A stretch of DNA of 46,726 nt from Octopus bimaculoides (taxonomy: Eukaryota), in NCBI RefSeq assembly GCF_001194135.2, contig NC_068989.1:5416344-5463069 (forward strand), written 5' to 3'. The notes beneath the pieces are model-generated. The model was given only the letters and a program-made list of their open reading frames with translations, was not told where the DNA came from and searched no databases. Position 1 is the first letter of the stretch. Each line of letters opens with the position of its first letter. Of the stretch, positions 1-11,576 are shown piece by piece. The position numbers were made by a program, and so were the translations under genes.

Positions 1-59
1 CACACACACACTCGCACACACATACACACACACCCACACACTCACACACACACTCACTT

Positions 60-92
<33 letters not shown>
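1..92. repeat. (CA)n microsatellite, imperfect
   Basis: Direct reading. Confidence 0.95.
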
Positions 93-96
<4 letters not shown>

Positions 97-475
97 CTTA
101 TATATTAGCCTGGCATAAATATTCACAAATCAGGAGGAAAGTATGCGGTTAGGAAAGAGAGCAAACGAAAGAAAATGGAAAAGAGAGAGAGGGAGAGAAA
201 GAGAGATTGAGAGAGGGAAAGCGAGAAAAAGAGAAAGGGAGAGCGAGAATGGTTTGGGAAGAGCAAGAGATAGAGACACACTGTAAAGGAGAAAAAGAAA
301 GAGAATGTGAGAGATGGGCGGGGGGAGGCAATAAGTGAAACATGATGTGATGGGTGGGAAGGGAAGGCAAGAGGTGTGTGTGTGCTTACGTATTTTACTT
401 GTCTGAAGAAAGATTGATAGACAAACAACTTTCTTAGCGATTTACTTATCACATGCCATATAAATACGTCCCTGT

Positions 476-670
476 ATTCTTTTCTATTCTAGGCACAAGG
501 CCCGAAATTTTTGGGGAGGGGGCCAGTCGATTAGATCGACCCCAGAGCGTAACTGGTACTTAACTTATTGACCCCAAAAGGATGAAAGGTAAAGTCGACC
601 TCGGCGGAATTTGAACTCAGAACGCAGTGGCAGACGAAATACCGCTAAGCATTTCGCCCGGCGCGCTAGT
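476..670 (-). mobile_element. tRNA-derived SINE, group A (lacks the first ~15 nt of the head)
   Basis: Near-identical to copies at 1048-1264, 10431-10646 and 28866-29058. B-box-like GAGTTCAAATTCC on the minus strand. Confidence 0.9.
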
Positions 671-787
671 TGCTTATTTGTTTATTGCTCACAAGGGGCT
701 AAACATAGAGGGAATAAACAAGGACAGACAAGGTGATTAAGTCGATTACATCGACCCAAGTGCGTAACTGGTACTTAATTTATCGAC
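671..787 (-). mobile_element. SINE group A, 3' part with the alternative tail (tail 2), joined head-to-tail to the previous copy
   Basis: Matches the reverse complement of the 3' half of 36714-36946. Confidence 0.85.
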
Positions 788-962
788 ACCGCTTGACGAG
801 CGGTGTTGGTGTGTTTATGTCCCCTGTGACTTAGCGGTTCGGCAAAAGAAACTGATAGAATAAGTGCTAGGCTTACAAAGAACAAGTCCACGGGTCGATA
901 TGTTCGAGTGAAAACACATCAAGGCGGTGCTCTAGCTTAGCCGCAATCCAATGACTGAAAAA
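788..962 (+). mobile_element. SINE group B, 3' half
   Basis: Aligns to 14850-15033 (cttagcggttcg...gatagaataagtactagg...ggcggtgctccagcat...gactgaaa). Confidence 0.85.
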
Positions 963-1047
963 AAAAAGTTAATAGCAATGATTGGCCGAAACGGTTCTCA
1001 TCCTAACCCCGTATTCGATTAGCAATGACCAGGGGCTAAACAAAATT

Positions 1048-1264
1048 ATTCCTTTCTACTCTAGGCATAAAGCTCGAAATATTTGGGGAGGAGGCCCGTC
1101 GATTAGAACGACACCGGTACGCAACTGGTACTTAATTTATCGACCCCGAAAGGATGAAAGGCAACGTCGACCGCGGCGGAATATGAACTCAAAACGCAAA
1201 GACAGACGAAATACCGGTAAACATTTCACGCGCCGTGCTAACGTTTCTGCCAGCTCACCGCCTT
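1048..1264 (-). mobile_element. SINE group A, full length
   Basis: Head GGCGGTGAGCTGGCAGAAACG (A-box-like), B-box-like motif, and tail 1. Confidence 0.9.
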
Positions 1265-1785
1265 GCTAAAAAAATTATTAACATACCCATGTGTTTCACG
1301 TTAACATGTATCGAGACCAGCCGGCTAAGCAGTTTATTTTTTCATATTTCGGCAAATTCTCCCAAGAGCAACGACAATGACAACAATAAAAGTATTTGCG
1401 GCCAAAGCTGCAGTCGTAGCAGCAACAATGATGATAGTGGCATTTGCATTTATATGGAAATATTTCAAGAATTTGCACCCTTGGGGTATAAAGCGACTTG
1501 TCTTAGAATTATGAAAACATTCGAACCAGCTGCAGCAAACACTTTACTAAATTGCACCAGACTTTCAAACGAATACGCTGTATTATATTAATACACATGA
1601 CCATTTTGGATTACGAGCTACAGTAGTGACTCAATGGATCTATCAAAATGAGGCGGAAGTCCAGGCCCTTGGGTCGCAACTGCAGCTTTTCAACTAATAG
1701 AAATATCTTCTGTAATTTATATTCCCTGTCTTCAGTTTTATTTCTCTCATTTTGTGGCTACAATCAATCTTATATGTTTAGTCCT

Positions 1786-1940
1786 ACAGCATAGCACCTT
1801 GAGCATGTATCTTCTATTGTAGCCCCTGGTCAACCAATGCCTTGCGAGTGAATCTGGTCGACGGAAGCCCGTCGTAGCTACGTTTCTATGTATGTGAGTG
1901 TATAAATATACATGTATGTATATATGTATATGCAAATACA

Positions 1941-2022
<82 letters not shown>

Positions 2023-2023
2023 C

Positions 2024-2069
<46 letters not shown>

Positions 2070-2082
2070 GCATGTATCTATG

Positions 2083-2154
<72 letters not shown>

Positions 2155-2372
2155 CGTGTGTATTTGTTACTTTGCATGTCTTCCATCACCACTTGACAAT
2201 ACCATATGGTGTTTGGTTTGTTTACGTTCCCGTAACTTAGCGGTTTGGGTAAAAAAGACTGAGTAATTAAATGAATTAGAAAAAGTACTGGGGTTGATTT
2301 GTTCGACTGTACCGTTTATAGCGATGCAACAGCATGGCCGTAATCCACTGACTGGAACAAGTAAAGAAAATA
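1786..2372 (+). mobile_element. SINE group B with a greatly expanded internal (TATC)n(TG)n tract
   Basis: 5' half (~1786-1885) and 3' half (~2170-2372) both align to 14626-15033; about 280 nt of microsatellite lies between them. Confidence 0.75.
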
Positions 2373-2988
2373 TAAGGAAACAGCTAGACGAAGCTTGTAC
2401 CAAGTTCCTCCAGAGATGGCAGTGAGACCAGCAGAGAAATATGCGTACTGGCTTATATTTCCTTCGGCTGGTTACATTAATTATCTGCTTGTTGGCAAAA
2501 GCACAAGGGAGAAATTTTGCTTCATCATGATAAATACTTTACGATCCTCACCCCAAATACAATAAATAGATGAAAGAATAATAAAAAAAAAAGATATAAA
2601 GAAACAGAATCAGAAGAAAAATTTGAGAAAATGTAGGACAATGAAAATATGAAAGAAAAAAAGAAACAAACGAAATTACAAGCGGATGTTAAAGAAGTTA
2701 AATAGTTTTACCGCCCATATCAAGTTTTAATGAATTATGAATGACTACGTAATTACAAATCTTTAAAATGTATTTGTTTTAGGCATGAAATTATGGTCAT
2801 GCTGGAGCGTTGCATTCAAGGATTTTAAATTAATTATATTGACCATGATACACGGCAGCGATCGGGCTTCAACTATCTGAGAAAAAAACCTTCGCTCGGT
2901 TATGAAAAGTATGTTTCTATACTAATGTCTTTTGTGTGTGTGTGTGATTGTATATTGGATGTGTGTGTCTGTGTGTGTGTGTGTGAAG

Positions 2989-3046
<58 letters not shown>
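2989..3046. repeat. (GA)n microsatellite
   Basis: Direct reading. Confidence 0.95.
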
Positions 3047-3049
<3 letters not shown>

Positions 3050-3102
3050 TATAAATACGAACATATTTATACATGCATACCCGCGTATATATATATCTCT
3101 TT

Positions 3103-3300
3103 TATCTTTTACTTGTTACACTCAGTAGACCGTAGCCAAACTGGGGCACCGCCTTGAAGGGTTTAGTTGAACTAATCGATCCCAGCACCACTTTAAAAAA
3201 AAAAAAAAATGAAACCCGGTAATTATTCTATCTGGTTAAGTTACGGGGACATAAACAAACTGATATCGTTTGTCAAGCATTGATGGGAGCCAAGCATAAA
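3103..3300 (-). mobile_element. SINE group B, 3' half
   Basis: Reverse complement of the B tail (ggggcaccgccttgaag...gttacggggacataaac), followed by microsatellite. Confidence 0.8.
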
Positions 3301-3397
3301 CACACATACATAATCATACACACACACACACACATATATATATATACATACACACATATATATATGTATATATATTCATATATATGCNNNNNNNNNN

Positions 3398-3443
<46 letters not shown>

Positions 3444-3679
3444 GAATAATATATATATATGCATGTATGTATACACATACATATATGGGCACAGAACATC
3501 ACCGACGGTGCAAATAGCATGAAATACGTTAACAAACGAGGAAAAAATGACTGAAATACGTAAACAGGGGAAAAAATTGAAAACAGGACAAGTAATAAAA
3601 AGAACGACCCTTCATCAGTTGTCGGCTGTCTATCTACTCCTCATTTCGAGCATTCAACGACAATATATTTATATCTTTC

Positions 3680-3862
3680 ATCTTTTATTTATTTCAATCA
3701 TTGGGCTTCGACCATGCTGTGTTTATTCAAGCAAATCGACCTCAGTGCTTTTTTTTTAAAGTCTGGTAATCATGCTGTTAGCCTCTTGCCTCGAACCACT
3801 AACTTATGGGAACGCAAACAAACAAACATCGGTTGTCAAGCGTTGGTGGGGACATACGCAGG
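3680..3862 (-). mobile_element. SINE group B, 3' half (diverged)
   Basis: Similarity to 41268-41480. Confidence 0.7.
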
Positions 3863-3867
3863 TCAAA

Positions 3868-4158
3868 TGAGGGTTCCAGTTGGTCCGATCAATTGAACAG
3901 CCTGCTCTGAAATTAACGCGCAAGTGGCTGAGTACTCCACAGACGCGCGTACCCTTAACGTAGTTCTCAAGGGTATTCAGCGTGACACAGAATGTGACAA
4001 GGCTGACCTTTTGAAATACAAGTATTGCTAATTTTTGCCAGCTGGGTGGATTGGAACAACGTGATATAAAATGCCTTGGTCAAGGACACAATACACCAGC
4101 GGGTATCGGGATCATGACCTGACGACCGTGAGCCGAACATCCTAGCCACTCACTCATG
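3868..4158 (-). mobile_element. tRNA-derived SINE, group C
   Basis: Aligns to 39857-40180. CORE-like gtgtccttgaccaaggca on the minus strand. Confidence 0.85.
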
Positions 4159-4496
4159 GTGACGCAGGTAAATCGCACACACGCATTGAAACTGCATTAA
4201 TTCTTCACCAACATACTTCTGATCGCTCGTCGTCTTACCCACTTACCCAGACCTCGTCCCCCCACCATCCTGCCTCTATCTACGACGCTTTAAACCTCCT
4301 CCATTTATCCTTTTTCTTTCTCATCTTCTTCGTTTTATGTTTTCTTAAAAGAGAAACTGTCAAAATCTCATATCGCACGACGTCTGCTAATTTAGAAAAT
4401 GGCGTCAGAAACATGTTTGTCGGTTTAACGCTTTCGCAGTTTTTGTTTTCCTTTTTTTTTGTTTTTGGTGTTGTTGTTCTCCTTCTGTTCGTCCGC

Positions 4497-4531
<35 letters not shown>

Positions 4532-4598
4532 CTTCTTCTTCTTCTTCTTCTTCTTCTTCTTCTTCTTCTTCTTCTTCTTCTTTTTCTTCTTCTTCTTC
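4497..4598. repeat. Compound (TTG)n(TTC)n microsatellite
   Basis: Direct reading. It produces the spurious poly-L/F and poly-K/N ORFs. Confidence 0.95.
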
Positions 4599-5196
4599 AT
4601 TTACCTCTTTCCCTTCTTTTCTTTTTCTCCCCTCTCGTCCTTACCTTTTCGTTTTCTACTACCCCCTCTCCCTCTCTCTCTTATTTTTTTAATTTTGATT
4701 ATTTTTTTTATTTCGTTTCGGTTTATTTTCCTCTTTTCCCCTTTCTCGTCTTTATACAACTTATTATTATCTTCCATGTTATTTAATTCTCTTTCAAAGC
4801 CGTCCATTTTGAGTGTCCTCTACTTTCACTTACAGACCTGTCTCGCATTTGTGTCATGGCTGACTATGTTGCTTTTCAGGTTGACCAGGATTATTGTCAC
4901 TATCCTTATTATTTGTTGCTATCCTGAAAAGATGTCGTCCTCAGACAGCCTCGTCCTCTCTCCCCATAATCATTTTCTCTCTCGATCTCTTTCTCTCCTT
5001 TCCCTCTCTCTTATACTTTTAAACAACGTCTCCTTCGTGTGTCGTCAGCCATCCTCGCTTTGCCAGCCATCTTTCTCTTTTGTATTCCAGCAATGTCTGG
5101 ACCTTGTACATGTCTAACAACAACGTTCTAAATTCTCCCTCTATCAAATATGCTAACACTAGTTTAACTGTGTCTATATTAAAACAATGGGCACTA

Positions 5197-5313
5197 TCAT
5201 GCTATTAGCTGTCAGAAGTGAAAGTGCTCACTGCTAGTGAAGTATCTGTCTGTCTGCCTGCATGCCTGTTGCTGGCCTGTCGATTCTTTGGCTACTGACA
5301 GCTAATACCATGA
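5197..5313. repeat. 22-bp inverted repeat pair (MITE-like or hairpin)
   Basis: tcatgctattagctgtcagaag (5197-5218) vs ctactgacagctaataccatga (5292-5313): 20/22 complementary, 73-nt spacer. Confidence 0.75.
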
Positions 5314-6258
5314 CTGGCCGGAGCGAGCTATATGTCTGTCTGTCTGTCTGTCTCTCTCTCTATCTATCACTCGAAAGTTATTGGAACAAATTTGACACCT
5401 ATATCCATGCGTTTGAAAACACAGAGTATAAGGGTACTCGCGTCCGCGCTAGCTAGTCGTGAGTGGTCGATCCTATTATTTTTAAACTTCAAACTTCATT
5501 TGTTTTCTATTTTGATAAATTCTCTCTGTTGAAAATTATATTTTTATNNNNNNNNNNNNNNNNNNNNNNNNNNNNNNNNNNNNNNNNNNNNNNNNNNNNN
5601 NNNNNNNNNNNNNNNNNNNNNNNNNNNNNNNNNNNNNNNNNNNNNNNNNNNNNNNNNNNNNNNNNNNNNNNNNNNNNNNNNNNNNNNNNNNNNNNNNNNN
5701 NNNNNNNNNNNNNNNNNNNNNNNNNNNNNNNNNNNNNNNNNNNNNNNNNNNNNNNNNNNNNNNNNNNNNNNNNNNNNNNNNNNNNNNNNNNNNNNNNNNN
5801 NNNNNNNNNNNNNNNNNNNNNNNNNNNNNNNNNNNNNNNNNNNNNNNNNNNNNNNNNNNNNNNNNNNNNNNNNNNNNNNNNNNNNNNNNNNNNNNNNNNN
5901 NNNNNNNNNNNNNNNNNNNNNNNNNNNNNNNNNNNNNNNNNNNNNNNNNNNNNNNNNNNNNNNNNNNNNNNNNNNNNNNNNNNNNNNNNNNNNNNNNNNN
6001 NNNNNNNNNNNNNNNNNNNNNNNNNNNNNNNNNNNNNNNNNNNNNNNNNNNNNNNNNNNNNNNNNNNNNNNNNNNNNNNNNNNNNNNNNNNNNNNNNNNN
6101 NNNNNNNNNNNNNNNNNNNNNNNNNNNNNNNNNNNNNNNNNNNNNNNNNNNNNNNNNNNNNNNNNNNNNNNNNNNNNNNNNNNNNNNNNNNNNNNNNNNN
6201 NNNNNNNNNNNNNNNNNNNNNNNNNNNNNNNNNNNNNNNNNNNNNNNNNNNTATATAT

Positions 6259-6292
<34 letters not shown>

Positions 6293-6985
6293 CGTGTGTG
6301 TGTGTGTGTGTATAAATTATGTACGCATATATACCTAGATATACATATACAATTATATATGTATGTCTATTTGCATGTACGTATGTATACTATTATTCAG
6401 TTTATTTCAAGATTTCTTGCCAATAAAGAACCGGTTTCTAACCTAGATCTAAGGTTCCTTCATTGAAATTTCAACATCAACAACTGGGTACTTTTGTATG
6501 TATGTAAATACGTACGAATGAATGTATGTTTGTATGTATGTAGGTACGCATGTATGTACGTATCTGTAATTATGTGCAGATTTGTATGTTTTATGTATGT
6601 ATTCTCATGGATAGAGCTACATATCTAGATATGCTCACATGTATGTATGTATGTATGTATGTATGTATGTATGTATGTGTGCACACCATTAGCGTTTGTA
6701 AAAGAAGAGTTTTACGAGAAATATTGTTTATCTTCGAGTTATAAATGAGACAATATTCCATTTCTGTAGTTCCAGTCATTCGTCAACTTTATTCGATTTT
6801 GTTTTTGTCCTAATGTGTAGATGTAATTAGGTAATGTGTGATATATGTTATTGGAAGGCATACGTAGAGCTTATAACTAACACATCTAATACTTTGTGTG
6901 TGGTTCTAATTAAACTGCAGAACACAAAAATCCCCCCCCCCACACACAAACACTACACACAACATCATACATGCAATTATGTATG

Positions 6986-7031
<46 letters not shown>

Positions 7032-7151
7032 TGTATATATATATATATATTACACACGCACATACACACACACACATATGTAAATGTGTGTGTGTGTTCA
7101 ACAGTTTAATTTCAACCAACCACCAACAATTCTATTTATAATTTATACGTG

Positions 7152-7199
<48 letters not shown>

Positions 7200-8429
7200 T
7201 ACACCAAGAAATAAATTTAACTACCGAAATACCAAAATGGAATAATTTCTCATTTATAACTTGAGAAGAAACAATATTTATCGGAAAAGTTCTCCTTTAA
7301 TTCCCACACACACAAATACTAATGGTGTGCACACATATACGCATACATCCGCTCTGTTTCGCACGCATACACACAGCTGTGTGTATGTGTATGTGGACCT
7401 AAAGTGTTCACATGTCTGTGTGCATGTGTGCACTTGCTAGTAGAGTTTGATTGACTTCCCCTCTCTTCCCTCCCGCTCTCTCACTCTCTCTATCACTCTC
7501 ACCCTTTTACCACCCTCTCCCCACAGCGTACATCAAGTTATCTTTAGCACTTTGATACTAGCATACCCGTGTCGTCAAAAATGTCGACAGTTTAATTGAT
7601 GATAGAAAATCGCATATCATAATCAACAATGATATAAACATTTTCGATATAAACTATCAAAAAAAAAAAAAAAACAACCTTTCTTATACACTAATGGCTC
7701 TATATCTGATTACATAAGTTTATAACGTAAGTAATCCCCTTTATTTGAACTTTATTTAAACCTTATTACTCGTATAGAATTTATTTCTAATTTTTTTTAA
7801 AACATATCAATACTGTGACTAATAATTAATTACGACTTATAACACTTATTTTGTTGGAGAATATTAGACAATACTTAAATTATGAATTTTATAAACCTGA
7901 AAGTATTCTTGGATACTATTAAACACCATTTTTTCTAGAAATTTCTGAAGTCGAAAGGATAATTGATGGCTAAATTTGTATTTGAAAATTTCATTCGCAT
8001 CCTTTACTGGGACTCTTCATCCTACATACAAATACAACCTGACCAGTAATATAATTCATTTAAGGAGTTTTAAATAGACACATATAAGATTCCATAGAGA
8101 GTATGTCAGTTTTTTAAAATTGCATATATCAGTACGCAATTATATATTTTTTAATCTTAATTCAAATCGGCATGACTGCAAGAACAAATACATTAATCCT
8201 AAAAGGATAACGAAGAGGAAATCTATGTATTCCTAACGTCTTTCTTAGTTTTTTATCAGCTACTGACGAGTACAAATTCGACTATTTATGAATATCTGAG
8301 TCTTTTTGTAGGAAACAAATTGTATAGCAACATGAATAATAAAAACTATACTCCATTTTAACATCTAATCTCCTCCATTACATAAATATGAATGAATTTG
8401 TTGAACTGTGTTTAATAAGTTAAATCATA

Positions 8430-8494
8430 TACTTAATATTTCTATATAAGCTTTCATATCTACTTAATATTTCTATATAAGCTTTCATATCTAC
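8430..8494. repeat. Perfect 31-bp tandem duplication
   Basis: tacttaatatttctatataagctttcatatc x2 plus tac. Confidence 0.95.
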
Positions 8495-8649
8495 ACTAAT
8501 TTACATAAGTAAGGAGAGTATTGTAATTCGCTTGAAGCATTGTGTATTGTTTGTAAAGAATAAAAAGTTTTGAATGGCACAACAATGGTGCAACACTATA
8601 ATACAAGAAATGGACTATAAACCCGTTGTAATTTAGTTATCTATAGTCC

Positions 8650-8684
8650 GATGATATTTCGGAATACAATTCCTTCTTCAGTCG
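8650..8684 (-). ncRNA. Degenerate minimal hammerhead-ribozyme-like motif
   Basis: Minus strand: CGA-CTGAAGA-A-GGAAT-tgt-ATTCC-GAAA-TATC-ATCG. Core and 5-bp stem II are intact; stem I is out of register by 1 nt. Confidence 0.5.
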
Positions 8685-9875
8685 CTGCATATTTTTTACT
8701 TTACTGTATTAAAAATAAAAATTATTTGTTTGTAAGCCTAAAATAGGTTTTTATTAACCATGTATTATTGAAAATGCATTCATAAATAAAGTACAAAACT
8801 GGGAATAGTTATTATTGGTTTAGCCTAAAGACAAGTAAATTCGACTTAAATCATTTTTCGACTGAAGCCGTGTCTCATGTAACCAATTAACGACGTAGGG
8901 TGAGGTATGCCTGTACATGGATATTTCATCCATATATAGTTATGCACATGGATATATATCAATATATATATATAGGTATTAATATAAATATGTGTGTGTG
9001 AGTATACACACACACTCACGTGCACACATACATATTTGTATTGATATATAAATCATAAATGCATTTATATGTGTGCGTGTGTGTGTGTGTGTGTGTAGAA
9101 ACAAACACATATTTATGTTTTCTGTCTGTCTGTATGAATTTATGTAAGCAGTGCATTTCTGGCAATTTGTTCTTTCAAAGGAATACGGTTATTTGATACA
9201 CCTGGCTTGGATTCCTTGCTTATTACTTATTCATCATGTTTTGGGTTTGTAACCGTATACTGTTGTCTACGATAACTACTAAATGAAATTGGCATTAGAT
9301 GTACTATTAGCAATTAGTACCACTAGTCTCTAGAATTTTCACCCTCCCTTCTTACATATAGCAGACCATGCGAAATAGTACACGCAAAAACTGCATATAA
9401 GGAAGGTTGCACATGAAAATGCAATCCGATATCTTTGTTTAATGCAGACCTCCAGTAGGCCGCATCTATCTTTCCATCTCTAGCATCACAAACAATGTCG
9501 TCCAACTTTCAGCTGTGGATGATTGATATAGATGAAGCATTTCAGACTTTTATGAGCGATAACATAGCATTTTTTAAATCATATTCGCAATGAAAGCACG
9601 AAAGGAGAAGAGAGAAAAGAATGTAATTTTGCTAACTATAAATTCTGAATACATCTTTATATTGCCTTTCAAAGTGCAGTGAGTGAATTAGTCTGTAAAG
9701 ACACGAACACAGTTTCCATTCCTCGGTGAAGCACCCGTATTATATGCAGCTTCTTGTGTTTTAACTAAGATCAAAATTAGAGCTCATGCTATGTATAGTA
9801 TATGGTTTTATGCCGTAAAGTTTTTCTCCATCTTTTTTAAGACAAGAGAAGAATAATCTAAAAAGGCTTTGTTAT

Positions 9876-10081
9876 ATTGGTTTCAGGCCAGCAGTTTCAG
9901 CAGGAAGGGAGTAAGTCGATTATATCGACTCCTGGGCACAACTAGTGCTTATTTTATCGATCCCGAAAGACTAAAAGGCAATTTCCACCTCGGCGCAATT
10001 TGAACTCAGAACGTAAAGACGGACGAAATGCTGCTAAGCATCCCACCCCCCGTGCTAATGATTCTGCTGGCTCACCGCCTT
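9876..10081 (-). mobile_element. SINE group A (diverged)
   Basis: Similarity to the other A copies. Confidence 0.8.
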
Positions 10082-10153
10082 ACTAAGCATTGTTATATCA
10101 ATGATCTTTTAAATTATATACCTGCATATCAATATTTTATATAAAATGAAATA

Positions 10154-10358
10154 TTAACCCTTTCGATACCAACCTGATTAAAACCGCTTCTGGCTCTGTA
10201 GTCCAAATTTCTTCTTTTCATAAGTTTTGAATTAAAATCTTCCACCAAACCTTAGTCACAATTTATGTTCCTGACACAAGCTGAATGATAGCTAAGTTAT
10301 TTTATTAAATTCTTTGTTATATTTAAAATAATTGTAAGAAACACGGAACATCTCAACA
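10154..10358 (+). mobile_element. piggyBac-like non-autonomous element, right end missing
   Basis: Starts TTAA|CCCTTTCGATACC (TTAA target plus CCCT terminus, as in piggyBac). No matching right TIR is seen. Confidence 0.5.
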
Positions 10359-10430
10359 GTATTATACATGGACTTTTACAATGGTTCACGTTACGTTTCT
10401 TCATGGAAGCCATGAAAAACACACGATCTC

Positions 10431-10646
10431 ATTCTTTTCTACTCAAGGCATAAGGCCCGAAATTTTGGGGGAGGGGGCAGTCGATTATATCGACCCAGTA
10501 CGCAACTGGTACTTAATTTATCGACCCCCGAAAGGATGAAAGGCAAAGTCGATATCGTATGAATTTGAACTCAGAACACGAAGACAAACGCAATACTGCT
10601 AAGCATTTCGCCCGGCGTGCTAACGTTTCTGCCAGCACGCTGCCTT
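10431..10646 (-). mobile_element. SINE group A with a 12-bp target-site duplication
   Basis: acgatctcattc at 10423-10434 and 10649-10660 flanks the copy. Confidence 0.92.
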
Positions 10647-10850
10647 GTACGATCTCATTCGCCCCACTACAAAGTCTTTAAAACTCATGTTAATAGTATG
10701 ACTAGTCGAGAAAAAACAGAAAAATTACAGGATAGTCACGGCATGAGAAAAAAATGACAGGGCAAGTCACCGTGAGAAAGGACATGAATGTCTGCATGTG
10801 AGTTTAGTGTTTTATTTCTTTGAAATAAATCACTTACAGTATGTGATATA

Positions 10851-11170
10851 CAGGGGTGAGTCAAAAAGTAATGCCGTTTTATTTCGGACAGGTATAATTA
10901 CCAACACAGGAACATGTATCATACATCAAAATGAAGCTGGTCCTCAGTGGATCACATCCTTACTTCTCAACATAGTCACCGTTTCTCTCAATAGCAATGT
11001 TCCACCTTCGAATGTGAGCATGTATCCTTGCCCCGTAAAATTCTATTGACTGTTCTTTGAATCACTTCTTCACTACAGTTTTCACTTCCTCGTCACCAGA
11101 TTTAGCGCCTTCAGACTATCATCTCTTCGGCCCCGTGAAAGAGGGTTTGAGAGGCAAACATTATTCCAGT
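10851..11170 (-). mobile_element. Mariner transposon 3' remnant with an internally inverted segment
   Basis: TA|CAGGGGTGAGTCAAAAAGTAATGCC terminus. Minus strand 11096->10960: DEEVKTVVKK*FKEQSIEFYGARIHAHIRRWNIAIERNGDYVEK*. Plus strand 11093-11170: SPDLAPSDYHLFGPVKEGLRGKHYSS (mariner YSPDLAPxD motif). Confidence 0.92.
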
Positions 11171-11190
11171 TTAATATAAACCGTATTTTG

Positions 11191-11576
11191 GGCTGCGAGC
11201 TGGCAGAAACGTTAGCACTGAGTTCAAAATTCCGACGAAGTCGACTTTGCCTTTCATCCTTTCGGGGTCGATAAATTAAGTACCATTTAGGCACTGGGGT
11301 CGATGTAATCGACTTAATCCCTTTGTCTGTCCTTGTTTGTCCCCTCTATGTTTGGTCCCTTGTGGGCAATAAAGAAATAAGAAACGTTAGCACGCCTGGC
11401 AAAATGCTCAGCGACGTTTCGTCCGTCTTTACTTTCTGAGTTCAAATACCGACGCGGTTGATTTGGCCCGTCATTCTTTCGGGGCCGATAAAATAAGTAC
11501 CGGGTGAGCACTGAGTTGATGTAATCGACTTACCTCATCCCCTGAAATCGCTAGTCTTGTGTCAAAATTTCAAATC
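11191..11576 (+). mobile_element. Two SINE group A units head-to-tail (tail-2 unit, then tail-1 unit)
   Basis: 14-bp direct repeat agaaacgttagcac at 11205-11218 and 11380-11393. The first unit lacks about 45 nt between the A- and B-box regions. Confidence 0.85.

Noticed and set aside
3490-3665. Minus-strand CTGATGAAGGG with an upstream GCTCGAAA as a permuted hammerhead
   Set aside because: No stems I-III can be formed in the required order.
4834-4923. 90-nt minus-strand segment with a ttttcag acceptor and GTAAGT donor
   Set aside because: Stop codons in all three frames; a non-coding exon cannot be supported from sequence alone.
4280-5117. 234-aa hydrophobic ORF and poly-K/N ORF
   Set aside because: Translation of (TTG)n(TTC)n and pyrimidine-rich low-complexity sequence.
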